This document shows positions 23,644 through 32,000 of a DNA stretch of 32,000 nt, piece after piece (position 1 is the first letter of the stretch; each line of letters starts with the position of its first letter). The notes below the pieces were generated by a model that made no database searches, was not told where the DNA came from, and saw only the letters and a list, made by a program, of their open reading frames with translations. Source of the DNA: Candidatus Saccharimonadota bacterium (GTDB lineage: Bacteria; Patescibacteriota; Microgenomatia; UBA1406; GWC2-37-13); NCBI GenBank assembly GCA_016700135.1, contig CP065004.1:420001-452000 (forward strand), read 5' to 3'. The position numbers were made by a program, and so were the translations under genes.

Positions 23644-23859
23644 ATGAACTACAATCATCTATACAAAAAACTGGGTGAAAACATTGAAAAAATAAGAAAG
23701 GAAAAGAAGTTGACTCAAGAAAAACTTGCTGAAGATGCAGGTCTGCATAGGGAGTATTTTTGGGATATTGAAACTGGTCGGAATATATCTATTAAAACAG
23801 CATATAAAATTGCAAGGGCATTAGAGGTAAAGTTGTCTGAATTATTTGATTTTGAATAA
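23644..23859 (+). CDS. XRE-family helix-turn-helix transcriptional regulator
   Basis: MNYNHLYKKLGENIEKIRKEKKLTQEKLAEDAGLHREYFWDIETGRNISIKTAYKIARALEVKLSELF is a classic HTH_3 pattern. The track starts at TTG 23632; ATG 23644 is preferred. Confidence 0.8.
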   Translation: MNYNHLYKKLGENIEKIRKEKKLTQEKLAEDAGLHREYFWDIETGRNISIKTAYKIARALEVKLSELFDFE

Positions 23860-24147
23860 TTAGTCTCCATAAATTCTTCGGAAATTACTAGTACTGGTTC
23901 TATAGTTTACAGAAGGTCGGCGAAAGCCTTTCATTTTGAATGGTCCAGTATATTTTTTATCTTTCTCAATAATTTTTTGCATTAGCAAGGAAAATGCATC
24001 TGCTAAGTCATCATACTTTTCAGTCCCAAAATAAGTTAGTTGCTGGATTAGAGTTTGTGCATCTGAACCTTGGGGAAAGTAGACTTTACCATTTTGAAGT
24101 AGAGAAGCAGCAATAGAGAGTCTATCTGCTTTAGAAGATTGAAACAC
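23860..24147 (-). CDS. C-terminal end of the terminase large subunit in the adjacent frame
   Basis: Adding one A to the A7 run gives ...EELKKKNYQVEGVSVFQSSKADRLSIAASLLQNGKVYFPQGSDAQTLIQQLTYFGTEKYDDLADAFSLL. That is the usual terminase C-terminal pattern dK..Rl.....l..g.v.fP....l..el..F.....DD..Da. Confidence 0.65.
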   Translation of the reverse strand: MFQSSKADRLSIAASLLQNGKVYFPQGSDAQTLIQQLTYFGTEKYDDLADAFSLLMQKIIEKDKKYTGPFKMKGFRRPSVNYRTSTSNFRRIYGD

Positions 24148-24158
24148 AGATACTCCTT

Positions 24159-25418
24159 CTACCTGATAGTTCTTTTTTTCAATTCTTCTATCGCAGCTCT
24201 TTTATATCCTACGTCTTCAATATCTATTTGCATACTTTTTTTATTTCCAATACTCTCCACAACTTTTTCTAGTTCTTGTTGTGTTTCAAGGAAGGTTAGC
24301 CGTCTATTCATAATATATGGACTAATATAAACGGTTAAATTTTCTTCTGCACCGTATATATATGCACATACAAAAGCTGTTTTATCTGCGGTATCTTTTT
24401 GTGAAATCGCAAGATCTACACCAAGGGCTACATATTGCATATCTGCACGATGTAGTGGCAGTTCTTCATAATATTTAATCCATTCAGGCAAGACTATTTG
24501 GTCTTCTTCTGAAACAATTTTGAGTAAATATTCCCGTTGAAATGTTTTAATATTGCCAACTTTACTTTGTAATGTCGCTATGCTTTTTTGATTTGTAAAT
24601 TTTCCCGGCCATACAGTTATGCCATCATCATTAAGGAGAGGATAAAAGTGATAAGAACCATCTAATTCTTTGTTTTCAATTAGTTCTTTATATCTCATCA
24701 TGACAGAATCGGAATGTAGCAAATTGCCTACCATTATTATTTTCGTTTCCATATCTCCTGCAGGTATTACTTCACCCGATATAAAGTTGAACGTTTTATC
24801 TCGACTTTCTTTTGTTTTAATAGAACTTAAATCTTCAATATCATCACAAATGATGAGTTGTGGCCTATACTGACGGTGTTTTACTCCTCTGATACTTTCT
24901 CCTACTGAATATGTTGAAATACGAGCTCCAAACTGAGAAAGAACTAAAGATGAAACACTCCATTCTTCTTGGTAATCAATTTTTAGATTGAAGTCTCGTT
25001 TTAGAAGTTCATTATTTTCTAATTCCGATCTGATATTCATGAGTAGTTGGCGCGATTGTCCTTGAGTTCTACTAATAAGAACAATATGTTTCAGTTGATG
25101 TTTACCTAAAATACTCCATATTGGGAGTGACATAGAAAATATGGTCGTTTTGGCTGAACCTCGAAAGGTTACTACTTCATCGAACTGACTTTTAATATTC
25201 TCAGAAATGCGAAATAATTCTTCATGAAATGGTGCAGTTGGGTAGGTAATGTGTTCACTAAAATAGATATGAAAGAAGTAATAATGGCTTTCCCATGCTA
25301 GCTTCTTTCTTACTTTCGGATCGTTAATGATTTTATCCTTCAAGCTTTTCATTATCATTATGTAATATTTGTAATGCGTTTTTAATGAGTTCCTCTTGTT
25401 CTGGAGACAATTTTTCAT
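24159..25418 (-). CDS. Phage terminase large subunit, ATPase plus most of the nuclease domain (frame broken at the A7/T7 run 24173-24179)
   Basis: Walker A-like VTFRGSAKTTIFS, Walker B LIICDDIEDL, nuclease block YVALGVDLAISQKDTADKTAF. Ends ...IEELKKRTIR-stop. The real start is probably Met21 or Met23 (25358 or 25352). Confidence 0.75.
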   Translation of the reverse strand: MKNCLQNKRNSLKTHYKYYIMIMKSLKDKIINDPKVRKKLAWESHYYFFHIYFSEHITYPTAPFHEELFRISENIKSQFDEVVTFRGSAKTTIFSMSLPIWSILGKHQLKHIVLISRTQGQSRQLLMNIRSELENNELLKRDFNLKIDYQEEWSVSSLVLSQFGARISTYSVGESIRGVKHRQYRPQLIICDDIEDLSSIKTKESRDKTFNFISGEVIPAGDMETKIIMVGNLLHSDSVMMRYKELIENKELDGSYHFYPLLNDDGITVWPGKFTNQKSIATLQSKVGNIKTFQREYLLKIVSEEDQIVLPEWIKYYEELPLHRADMQYVALGVDLAISQKDTADKTAFVCAYIYGAEENLTVYISPYIMNRRLTFLETQQELEKVVESIGNKKSMQIDIEDVGYKRAAIEELKKRTIR

Positions 25419-25740
25419 CCTCTAATTGTTTAGTAGTAATTTCCAGTTTGTTGGTATAGTCAGGGTGATGATGTTTGAGCCAATAAATAATTCCTGTCAT
25501 ATTCCCGTTTTTGATGGCAGACAATAGTTGGCTTTCTGCCAAATCATTTATGAAAAATTTTCCTTCCTGAATAGCTTGATCAGTTTCTTTCTTGAAAATT
25601 TTGTCCTCTTTCCGCCATCGATAATATGTAGCTCTCCCGATTCCAACCTTTTCGCAAACTATCTGGATTATCGGAATTTTTTTTTGTTCTATAACAAGTT
25701 GTTTATTATTGCCTTGGCGTTCTGTAATGGTATCACCCAT
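25333..25740 (-). CDS. Terminase small-subunit-like HTH protein
   Basis: 135 aa. IIQIVCEKVGIGRATYYRWRKEDKIFKKETDQAIQEG is an HTH followed by helical text, and it sits directly upstream of the large subunit. The assignment rests on position and the HTH only. Confidence 0.45.
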   Translation of the reverse strand: MGDTITERQGNNKQLVIEQKKIPIIQIVCEKVGIGRATYYRWRKEDKIFKKETDQAIQEGKFFINDLAESQLLSAIKNGNMTGIIYWLKHHHPDYTNKLEITTKQLEDEKLSPEQEELIKNALQILHNDNEKLEG

Positions 25741-26512
25741 AGATTTTTTTAACTCGTAATCCAGTCAACTTCTCCCAACGATCAATAATTACCTGACAAT
25801 ACTCAGGATCAAGTTCGATCATTACACATTTTCTTTTCGTCTGTTCTGCGGCAAGTAGGGTAGAACCTGACCCACCGAATGGATCGTAAATAATGTCATT
25901 GATATTGCTGCTATTAAGTATGAGATGCCTCATAAGAGATATTGGCTTCATTGTTGGATGCAACGTACTTCTATTTGGTTTGGGAAAGAATAGTACGCTT
26001 TGATCTTTACTTTTTCTAAACCTATGACTCCCATACCATCCATAGGCAATAAGCTCATGTTTAGGACAGTAATCAAGTCGGCCCACAACAGAATTATTTT
26101 TTACCCAAATAAGAAGTTGTGAAAGTTTTACTCCTGCCTGAATCATCCCGTCTCGAAGGGCAAATATCATTTTGTCTGAATTAAAAATATAAATGCTATT
26201 TGGTATATTCATGAAAGGAAGAGCGAGACTTAGCCATTTATAAGTAAATTCAGAATACTCTGTATCTGTTTGAAAATGATCTGTCAGTATATCTTTCGGT
26301 TTGGAAACATTCTGAAAATTTGCTTTTGACGCAACATAGTCGATAGCGTAAGGCGGATCGGATATTATCGCACTAATCTTCACATTATTTAATATCTTAT
26401 TGATGATAGAAAGGTCGGTTGCATCACCATTTATAAGATAGTGTCCATTCATTTCAAACATATCTCCATATTTAATTAAGTTTTCTGGCTTTTTTACCAG
26501 TAAATTGTTCAT
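25733..26512 (-). CDS. DNA methyltransferase (N6-adenine/N4-cytosine family, DPPY type)
   Basis: 259 aa. Motif IV AIISDPPYAIDY and motif I IYDPFGGSGSTLLAAEQTKRKCVMIELDPEYCQVIIDRWEKLTG. Confidence 0.8.
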   Translation of the reverse strand: MNNLLVKKPENLIKYGDMFEMNGHYLINGDATDLSIINKILNNVKISAIISDPPYAIDYVASKANFQNVSKPKDILTDHFQTDTEYSEFTYKWLSLALPFMNIPNSIYIFNSDKMIFALRDGMIQAGVKLSQLLIWVKNNSVVGRLDYCPKHELIAYGWYGSHRFRKSKDQSVLFFPKPNRSTLHPTMKPISLMRHLILNSSNINDIIYDPFGGSGSTLLAAEQTKRKCVMIELDPEYCQVIIDRWEKLTGLRVKKIYG

Positions 26513-27176
26513 ATCGTTTTATGATGAGATCACAAAAGACAGGTTCGATCTCAACTAATATTGCCCGTCTTTTTAATTGTTCGCATGCAATTAAGGTAGA
26601 TCCACTTCCTCCAAATTGATCCAATATAATATCTCCCGGTTGAGTACATCTTCTTATTGCCTTCTCATGAAGAGTAGGAGGTTTTTCAGTAGGATGTGTG
26701 TATTCATTCATTGCTTTCCGTTTAGCAAGCCAGATATCAAATAGATCGAGAATATCATCAGTAAGACGATTTCCGGATCCTACTTCTTTATTGAAGACCT
26801 CATTAAGATTATGTAGCTTAGAAGAGAGGAATGGTTTACCTCGTGTTCCATACACACATGGTTCATATGCTTTGTTAAAAGCAACTTGTGGAGTTGGATT
26901 ATGCCCATTTTTAATCCATAAGCATACTCTCTTATGATCTATACTTTGTTCTTGATAAATTTGTTGTAAAAGCCCAATATACTTTTGATCACAGTAGTAA
27001 AAGAAATGACTATCTTTTTCAACGGAAGCCAGAGCATTTTGGATAATTTCTGTTAGAAACTGTTTAAACTCTGAATCTGATTTATTATCCTGTGTCTTTC
27101 CACCGTACTGTTTGGCACCTCCTAGACCTTTATTGTAATCAAGATCAATATTGTAAGGACTGTCCGAATAGACCAT
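26472..27176 (-). CDS. DNA methyltransferase domain (DSPY variant of motif IV) of a ParB-methylase fusion
   Basis: MVYSDSPYNIDLDY and ILDQFGGSGSTLIACEQLKRRAILVEIEPVFCDLIIKRYEQFTG. The upstream in-frame text continues into the ParB remnant (next feature). Confidence 0.75.
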   Translation of the reverse strand: MVYSDSPYNIDLDYNKGLGGAKQYGGKTQDNKSDSEFKQFLTEIIQNALASVEKDSHFFYYCDQKYIGLLQQIYQEQSIDHKRVCLWIKNGHNPTPQVAFNKAYEPCVYGTRGKPFLSSKLHNLNEVFNKEVGSGNRLTDDILDLFDIWLAKRKAMNEYTHPTEKPPTLHEKAIRRCTQPGDIILDQFGGSGSTLIACEQLKRRAILVEIEPVFCDLIIKRYEQFTGKKARKLN

Positions 27177-27726
27177 TTTTATACCTGGTACATTTATGCA
27201 TATTTTTGTTGAATCTGCACAAATTAGAAGATGATCTCCTAGCTCATAAACATCACCGGGCTTTGTTTTAGGCTCGTCAATTTTTTCTAATTCTTTTTCA
27301 GTATCGAAGTTGTCATCTTCTACAGATAAATGTTCGTCCCATATTTGTGAAAGGTCGCTATTATCAAAACCAATATCAAGTAAAAGGTCAATATCGAATG
27401 ACTTCAGCTTTTCAAAGTCCCATTCCCAGTATTTTTATTAAGTCTAAGGTTCAACTCCTTCTCTTTATCTTCATCGGGAATATTGACATATACAACAGGT
27501 ACTTCTGTATATCTGAGCTGTTTTGCTATCTCTAAACGGAAATGACCACCTATAACAATATCTTTTCGATTGGGTGAACTGTTTACAATGAGAGGATCTA
27601 CAAATCCATATTTTTAATACTTTGAGTGAGATCTTGAATCGCTTTTTCACTCCAGGACCGCGGGTTATATAGTGCTGGGTTAAGATCTGATATCTTGACC
27701 TGCACGACTTTAATGTGATTGTTCAT
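27177..27726 (-). pseudogene. ParB-like nuclease N-domain and linker belonging to the 26472 methylase, interrupted by two 1-nt frame changes
   Basis: Own translation from ATG 27726: MNNHIKVVQVKISDLNPALYNPRSWSEKAIQDLTQSIK. After a frame change at T5 27611-27615: KYGFVDPLIVNSSPNRKDIVIGGHFRLEIAKQLRYTEVPVVYVNIPDEDKEKELNLRLNKNTG. After a frame change at CCC 27425-27427: EWDFEKLKSFDIDLLLDIGF...KPGDVYELGDHLLICADSTK...MVYSDSPY. The final frame equals the methylase frame. Confidence 0.65.
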
Positions 27727-27750
27727 ACAAAATGAAAATTATTAATAAAA

Positions 27751-27797
27751 AAGGACTCCCCCACAAACAAAACTGTCTTTTGTTTGCATGAGTCCTT
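27751..27797. other. Nested hairpin (outer AAGGACTC/GAGTCCTT, inner CAAACAAAA/TTTTGTTTG, loop CTGTC) in a divergent intergenic region
   Basis: Read directly. On the minus strand it is followed by TTTTTTATTAATAATTTTC, which makes it terminator-like, immediately upstream of the ParB start. Confidence 0.4.
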
Positions 27798-27968
27798 TAT
27801 AGAGTACACCTCTACTTCTCCCCCCGTTTTGATGAGGTTGAGAGAATTGCAAAAAGGATATACTTTTTAATTCAATTTGTCAAATATTGATTTTATAGAT
27901 TGATGTGACAGACAATATTAAGATTTTGTTCTATAATGATACTGCTTAATTATCTTTAAGAGTCTTTA

Positions 27969-29255
27969 TTGAAAGCAATTGATTTATATATGAACGATAA
28001 TTCGCAAATAGAAATAAACATAACATTACAGAAAGATCTTAAGAGGTTTTTTAAAACATTGTTGATTAATCTAAAAAGTAAAAATAGAGCGAAAGATGAA
28101 TTAAAAGCTTTACAAAATCATAATAGACTATTGCTCGGCAAAGAAGGGATAGGAATTACCTTGATTGATAAGGAATATGATCAATACCGAAAGATTATAA
28201 AGCAATTATCAGAAGTCTTTACTAAAAGTAAAAACTATAGTAAGAAATATGCTGAAACTATATTAATAGATGCTATTTGGAAAGTGGTGGAATCAGATAA
28301 AGATATAAATGGCGCGGCATTAGAAGGGTCACAACATATTAAGCATAAATATACAATCGGTTTATCTAATTGGGATATATATTTCCCAGTAACAGGATTA
28401 TTATTGCATAAAAGGACAGAATGGAACTTTGGTAAAGCAAAATTTATAACCATAAGAAATAGGAAACTACTGAATTCATTCAAAAATAGAAGCTTTATGC
28501 CAGAGTTAGGTTCGGTAACTTGTTTTATATATATACAAGTAAAAGCAATAGATCATAGCTCAGCTATAAATATTGCTAAGCCTATTGCTGATCTTCATAT
28601 ATCTACTATAAATGCATTAGGAGTAATCAGTGGGATATCAAAACATAATACCTCTTTATCTTCATATGGTGGAATTGGTGAAAAGATTCACTCTTTTACA
28701 TTTGTTGGAAAGAGTAGAAATTTATTAGGTTGGAGTAGATCTATGAGCTATAATCTTGCTGGATTTAGTCCTCATGTATTAAAGAGCAATTCTTTTATCA
28801 AATTGTTTAAGCCTATAAAAATCAGTACTAAATTAAAAATAATGCAAGATAAACTTTATACTGATCGTATATTTCCGGCACTTAAATGGACTGGTCGAGC
28901 CATTAGTCAAAATACAGAAGAAGAAATATTTTTATATTATTGTTTAGCTTTCGAGGCTATTCTTTATGAAAATAATTTTAAAGAAGAATTAATGAAAAAT
29001 TTAAAAAAAAGAGCTTATAAGCTTCTTTTTACTCATGGGAGTTATTTGGGTAATACAATTGAAGCACTTAATGAATTTGATCATCTTTACAAACTCCGTT
29101 CAGCAATTGTACATCGAGGTGGCACTGAAGTATCAGAAGATGATATCCAATTAATCAAATCCTTGGTTGTTGGTTGTCTGTATAAGTTTTACCAAACGAA
29201 ATATTATGAGCGTTTTAAAACATCTAAACAATTAGAAACGTGGTTAGATACATAA
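27969..29255 (+). CDS. Hypothetical protein with a C-terminal HEPN-like R-x4-H motif
   Basis: 428-aa ORF (TTG at 27969; ATG alternative at 27990). The C-terminal helical region contains FDHLYKLRSAIVHRGGTEVSEDDI (R-SAIV-H). The motif alone is weak evidence. Confidence 0.5.
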   Translation: MKAIDLYMNDNSQIEINITLQKDLKRFFKTLLINLKSKNRAKDELKALQNHNRLLLGKEGIGITLIDKEYDQYRKIIKQLSEVFTKSKNYSKKYAETILIDAIWKVVESDKDINGAALEGSQHIKHKYTIGLSNWDIYFPVTGLLLHKRTEWNFGKAKFITIRNRKLLNSFKNRSFMPELGSVTCFIYIQVKAIDHSSAINIAKPIADLHISTINALGVISGISKHNTSLSSYGGIGEKIHSFTFVGKSRNLLGWSRSMSYNLAGFSPHVLKSNSFIKLFKPIKISTKLKIMQDKLYTDRIFPALKWTGRAISQNTEEEIFLYYCLAFEAILYENNFKEELMKNLKKRAYKLLFTHGSYLGNTIEALNEFDHLYKLRSAIVHRGGTEVSEDDIQLIKSLVVGCLYKFYQTKYYERFKTSKQLETWLDT

Positions 29256-29268
29256 TTATTTTGAGCAA

Positions 29269-30933
29269 ATGGAATACTTACAAAATGAACAACACTACAT
29301 CGACCGCTACGACCTCAATACCATTGAAGAATGCCTCAATACTGTAAAAATGTATCAAGAAGTATATAAAAAGAGTTTAACGAGTAAAGAGTTAAAAGAT
29401 TTACCAGAAGAAGAAAAATTAAGAAATGTAAATCTAATGCTCCATAGAACCCTTTTCGTTATTAAGGGCAAGAGATATGAGAAAAAACAAGAAACTGTTC
29501 ACGAATGGATGGAAGAAGACAGACTCAAACAGGATAAACAAGATCACACTCCCGTACCTGAAGGAATAATGTGTCCACTTTGCAATGGTCAAATGCATTT
29601 TAATTCTACAAAGCATCTTGACCATACTTACGACAGCGCGTTAATTCGAATGATGTTTCTTTTTAAGTGCAATGATTGTAAAAATCAGCAATGGGTATAT
29701 GATGACGGAGGAATACGCGTTTCTAACCCTGATCTTTGCCCCAAATGTAAATCAGAATTAAATATCAAAGCTACACGTAAAGGCAAAATTATTACTTGGA
29801 AACACAAATGTAAAAGCTGTAGTTATACAAAAACTGAAATTGACGATTTTGAAAAGCATGATGAAGAACATAAGAAATGGCTGGAAAAGCAAAAGAAAAA
29901 GGAAGTTGAAGATAATAAGTTGTTAAAAAAATATCGAGAAGAATTTTGTTTGACAGATAAAGAAGGAAAAGAGTATGTAGAAACTCTTGAAGCGATGGAA
30001 GTAGGTCATGAGGTGTATGAAGAAGAAAAACGGAAGTATGATAATCAATCTTATCAGATAGCCATGAGCTTAAAGAAACTCACAATATTGGAACTTGAAG
30101 AATTATTATCTGAATCGTTAGAAAAGGAAAAATATGTTAAATTCACTCTTGATAAACCAGATATGGGAAGATTTGTAACGATTCCTTTTAGTATTTTAGA
30201 TGCTAACTCAACTAGGAATCCCAATATAAGTGAAGCTAAGCTAAAAAAACTCATAAAAGATACTTTGGAAGATACAAATTGGAGGCTAATGAGTGATGGG
30301 GTACATTATCGTTTAGGATATCTTTCTGGCACGCTTAAAGCATATGAACAGGCGGAAGATTTAATGGAACTTTTAGGAAAACAAGAAAAGAATCCTCCTG
30401 AATCAAAAATTGATCCTGAACAACGTGCAAAATACATGAGTCATAATTTAGTACAGCTTGCCAAACTATCAGGAGAAATGGATGGGATACGAGAGACAAG
30501 GAAACGAAGATTAGAAAAAGAACCAGATGGTTTTTTTCTTAATGATGGTGGTCAAGGATATACATGTGGTATTTGCTTTGATGCACATGATGGTGAAGAT
30601 ATTTGGTGGCGACTAGATGGATTACGATGTAGGGATTGTTGGAGAAATATTCAAGAAGGTGTAATTCCGATATTAAACCTTGACAAAAGAAGATGGGAAA
30701 AGGAATTTTTTACAAAAAATGAAATCACTGATAAACTAGGTGTCCATCCATCGACAATCAGAAAGCTACGTCGCGAAGGAGTACTTTATGGGCGTGATCT
30801 GAAAAGAGAAAATAGATCAATTTATTACACTATTTATCTTAACAGTGAAAATAAAAGATTCTTGAAGAAATATCCTAAAAAAGATAAGAAGACTAAAAAA
30901 ACAATTAGTGGCAAAGACAGTGATCTTATTTAA
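29269..30933 (+). CDS. Lys/Glu-rich protein with several CxxC zinc-ribbon pairs and a C-terminal HTH-like segment
   Basis: 554 aa. CPLCNGQM, CNDCKNQ, CPKCKSEL and CKSCSY, a later CGIC...CRDCW, then ITDKLGVHPSTIRKLRREGVLYG (MerR/excisionase-like HTH). No family recognised. Confidence 0.55.
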   Translation: MEYLQNEQHYIDRYDLNTIEECLNTVKMYQEVYKKSLTSKELKDLPEEEKLRNVNLMLHRTLFVIKGKRYEKKQETVHEWMEEDRLKQDKQDHTPVPEGIMCPLCNGQMHFNSTKHLDHTYDSALIRMMFLFKCNDCKNQQWVYDDGGIRVSNPDLCPKCKSELNIKATRKGKIITWKHKCKSCSYTKTEIDDFEKHDEEHKKWLEKQKKKEVEDNKLLKKYREEFCLTDKEGKEYVETLEAMEVGHEVYEEEKRKYDNQSYQIAMSLKKLTILELEELLSESLEKEKYVKFTLDKPDMGRFVTIPFSILDANSTRNPNISEAKLKKLIKDTLEDTNWRLMSDGVHYRLGYLSGTLKAYEQAEDLMELLGKQEKNPPESKIDPEQRAKYMSHNLVQLAKLSGEMDGIRETRKRRLEKEPDGFFLNDGGQGYTCGICFDAHDGEDIWWRLDGLRCRDCWRNIQEGVIPILNLDKRRWEKEFFTKNEITDKLGVHPSTIRKLRREGVLYGRDLKRENRSIYYTIYLNSENKRFLKKYPKKDKKTKKTISGKDSDLI

Positions 30934-30943
30934 TTATAAATTT

Positions 30944-31417
30944 ATGAAAAATAAACCGACAAAGCAACATTATGTACCTCAATGTTACTTGAAGACATTT
31001 GCAACAGCCGAATCGATTAACGATAAAGAACCACTCATATGGATTTTCCCTAAGAATGAACGTAAAGGAAGGTTAGACAAAGTTAAAAATGTCTTGTTTG
31101 CGAAGGATTTATATACCCTCGATGTCGGTGGAAATAAAGATTATTCAATTGAAAAAAGTTTGGGAAATATAGAGGCAGAATATACCACAGTGTATAGAGA
31201 GAAGATTGCCAAAAGACTTCCATTAAGTAACAAGGATCATGCTGTCCTATGCATATTTATAGGAGCTCTTATGCAACGGACACTAAGACATAAAGACTCT
31301 GTCGAAAAATTCCTGAGCGAGGTGATTGAAAAAATGGAGAAAATGGATGAGGCTCATAACGCAAAGAGCAAGATTTTGGAGGACTATAAAAGCTCAAGCA
31401 GAATAGTCACAAATTAG
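30944..31417 (+). CDS. DUF4238-family protein, N-terminal part (frame broken near the A4 run 31388-31391)
   Basis: MKNKPTKQHYVPQCYLKTF is the hallmark HYVPQ.YL..F start of DUF4238. The track start at 30908 overlaps the upstream gene; ATG 30944 is preferred. Confidence 0.6.
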   Translation: MKNKPTKQHYVPQCYLKTFATAESINDKEPLIWIFPKNERKGRLDKVKNVLFAKDLYTLDVGGNKDYSIEKSLGNIEAEYTTVYREKIAKRLPLSNKDHAVLCIFIGALMQRTLRHKDSVEKFLSEVIEKMEKMDEAHNAKSKILEDYKSSSRIVTN

Positions 31418-31461
31418 GAATCTTCAATATCCTTCCTGATATAGCTGAAGTTCTTACAAAA

Positions 31462-31869
31462 ATGAATTTAGCATTTATGTGTACGGACAATAAGTCCCCA
31501 GGATATATAACTTGTGATGATCCATGTATCATGTTCAATCCTGAGCTACAATGGCAAAAATTTTATGGATATGGTCTTGCACAAAAATCTATTGAATTAA
31601 GCATCACTATTTCTCCCACCACGATGGCAATATTTAGTTGGCAAAACCTTCGAGGATACATAAAAACAACAGACGCGCGAGTTCAAGAGCACAATAGAAT
31701 GGTTCGACATCATGCCTACAAATATTTTCTTTTAAATGAGCCTAAGACAAAATTCATTTGGTTTAGTAAATATCCACTAAGTTTAATGTTTATGTTTAGA
31801 GTACTAAAGCATAAATTGGGTGAAATGATTTTTAGAATCAAATACCTATGGAAGATGAGAAAATACTAA
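31462..31869 (+). CDS. DUF4238-family protein, C-terminal part in the adjacent frame
   Basis: This frame is open from 31390: KLKQNSHKLGIFNILPDIAEVLTKMNLAFMCTDNKSPGYITCDDPCIMFNP (family pattern w.il......f.tsDnPv). One extra A at 31388-31391 would join both parts. Confidence 0.55.
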   Translation: MNLAFMCTDNKSPGYITCDDPCIMFNPELQWQKFYGYGLAQKSIELSITISPTTMAIFSWQNLRGYIKTTDARVQEHNRMVRHHAYKYFLLNEPKTKFIWFSKYPLSLMFMFRVLKHKLGEMIFRIKYLWKMRKY

Positions 31870-32000
31870 AATATGGCGTTCATTTAATGAATGCTGGTAA
31901 TAAAGACGAAGCCGCTAAGGTATTTTCTGTCTTGGCTAATTCAAAGGACGATGAGATGAAAATTCAAGCTTATGATGCTTTACTGTCTATCCTAGATCAA
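31848..32000 (+). CDS. Start of a possible TPR-like protein (partial, runs off the window)
   Basis: Own translation: MEDEKILKYGVHLMNAGNKDEAAKVFSVLANSKDDEMKIQAYDALLSILDQ. Open to the window end. Helical-repeat-like text only. Confidence 0.3.
   Translation, partial: MEDEKILKYGVHLMNAGNKDEAAKVFSVLANSKDDEMKIQAYDALLSILDQ

Larger units (their letters stand above)
18207..32000. mobile_element. tRNA-Gln-adjacent, more AT-rich genomic island or degraded prophage-like element (right end beyond window)
   Basis: Starts right after the tRNA. Composition becomes visibly AT-richer. Contains a decayed large serine recombinase, an XRE regulator, terminase small and large subunits, ParB/DNA methylases, tRNA 3'-end fragments (18375-18387 inverted, 20425-20441) and defence-like cargo. 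Confidence 0.55.

Noticed and set aside
1-32000. CRISPR arrays, rRNA genes, IS elements with terminal inverted repeats
   Set aside because: Scanning by eye, I found no regularly spaced direct repeats, no rRNA-like conserved stretches and no transposase motifs.

Overview
Low-GC bacterial window with tightly packed, often overlapping genes. No marker gene here allows a taxon call. All domain calls come from motif recognition by eye, not from searches. There are three blocks.

(1) 1-13.3 kb. A partial sulfatase gene is followed by a ~12.7 kb RiPP-like cluster. It combines a YcaO cyclodehydratase and a SagB-type dehydrogenase with lasso-type accessory genes: two PqqD-like recognition proteins, HPr-kinase-like kinases (one intact, one dead), and an S24-peptidase/NTP_transf_5 fusion. 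It also holds a QueC-like PP-loop ATPase, a metallophosphoesterase, a UPF0489-TPR-PLP-decarboxylase fusion and an unknown 328-aa protein. I found no lasso cyclase, no B2 protease and no small stand-alone precursor ORF. Instead, each end of the cluster carries a mirrored two-gene module: a membrane-anchored protein followed by a short protein. That short protein has a ~51-aa N-terminus with a (Y/F)xxPx(I/V) leader-like motif, fused to a self-cleaving domain. One uses a Hint/intein fold and the other a Peptidase_S74 intramolecular-chaperone domain. This is my top candidate for an undescribed system: precursors with autoproteolytic followers.

(2) 13.4-18.1 kb. Two O-antigen-ligase-like (Wzy_C) membrane proteins flank a 568-aa secreted protein.

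(3) 18.1-32 kb. tRNA-Gln(CUG) at 18136-18206 is followed by a visibly more AT-rich island running to the window end. It contains a PIN-GNAT-PUA-like protein plus an ASCH protein, a heavily decayed large serine recombinase, a pentapeptide-repeat protein and an XRE regulator. It also holds terminase small and large subunits, two DNA methyltransferases (one ParB-fused), and a string of HEPN-like, zinc-ribbon, DUF4238 and TPR-like genes.

Several genes are broken by single-base frame changes at homopolymer runs. The assembly may carry indel errors, so pseudogene calls need caution.
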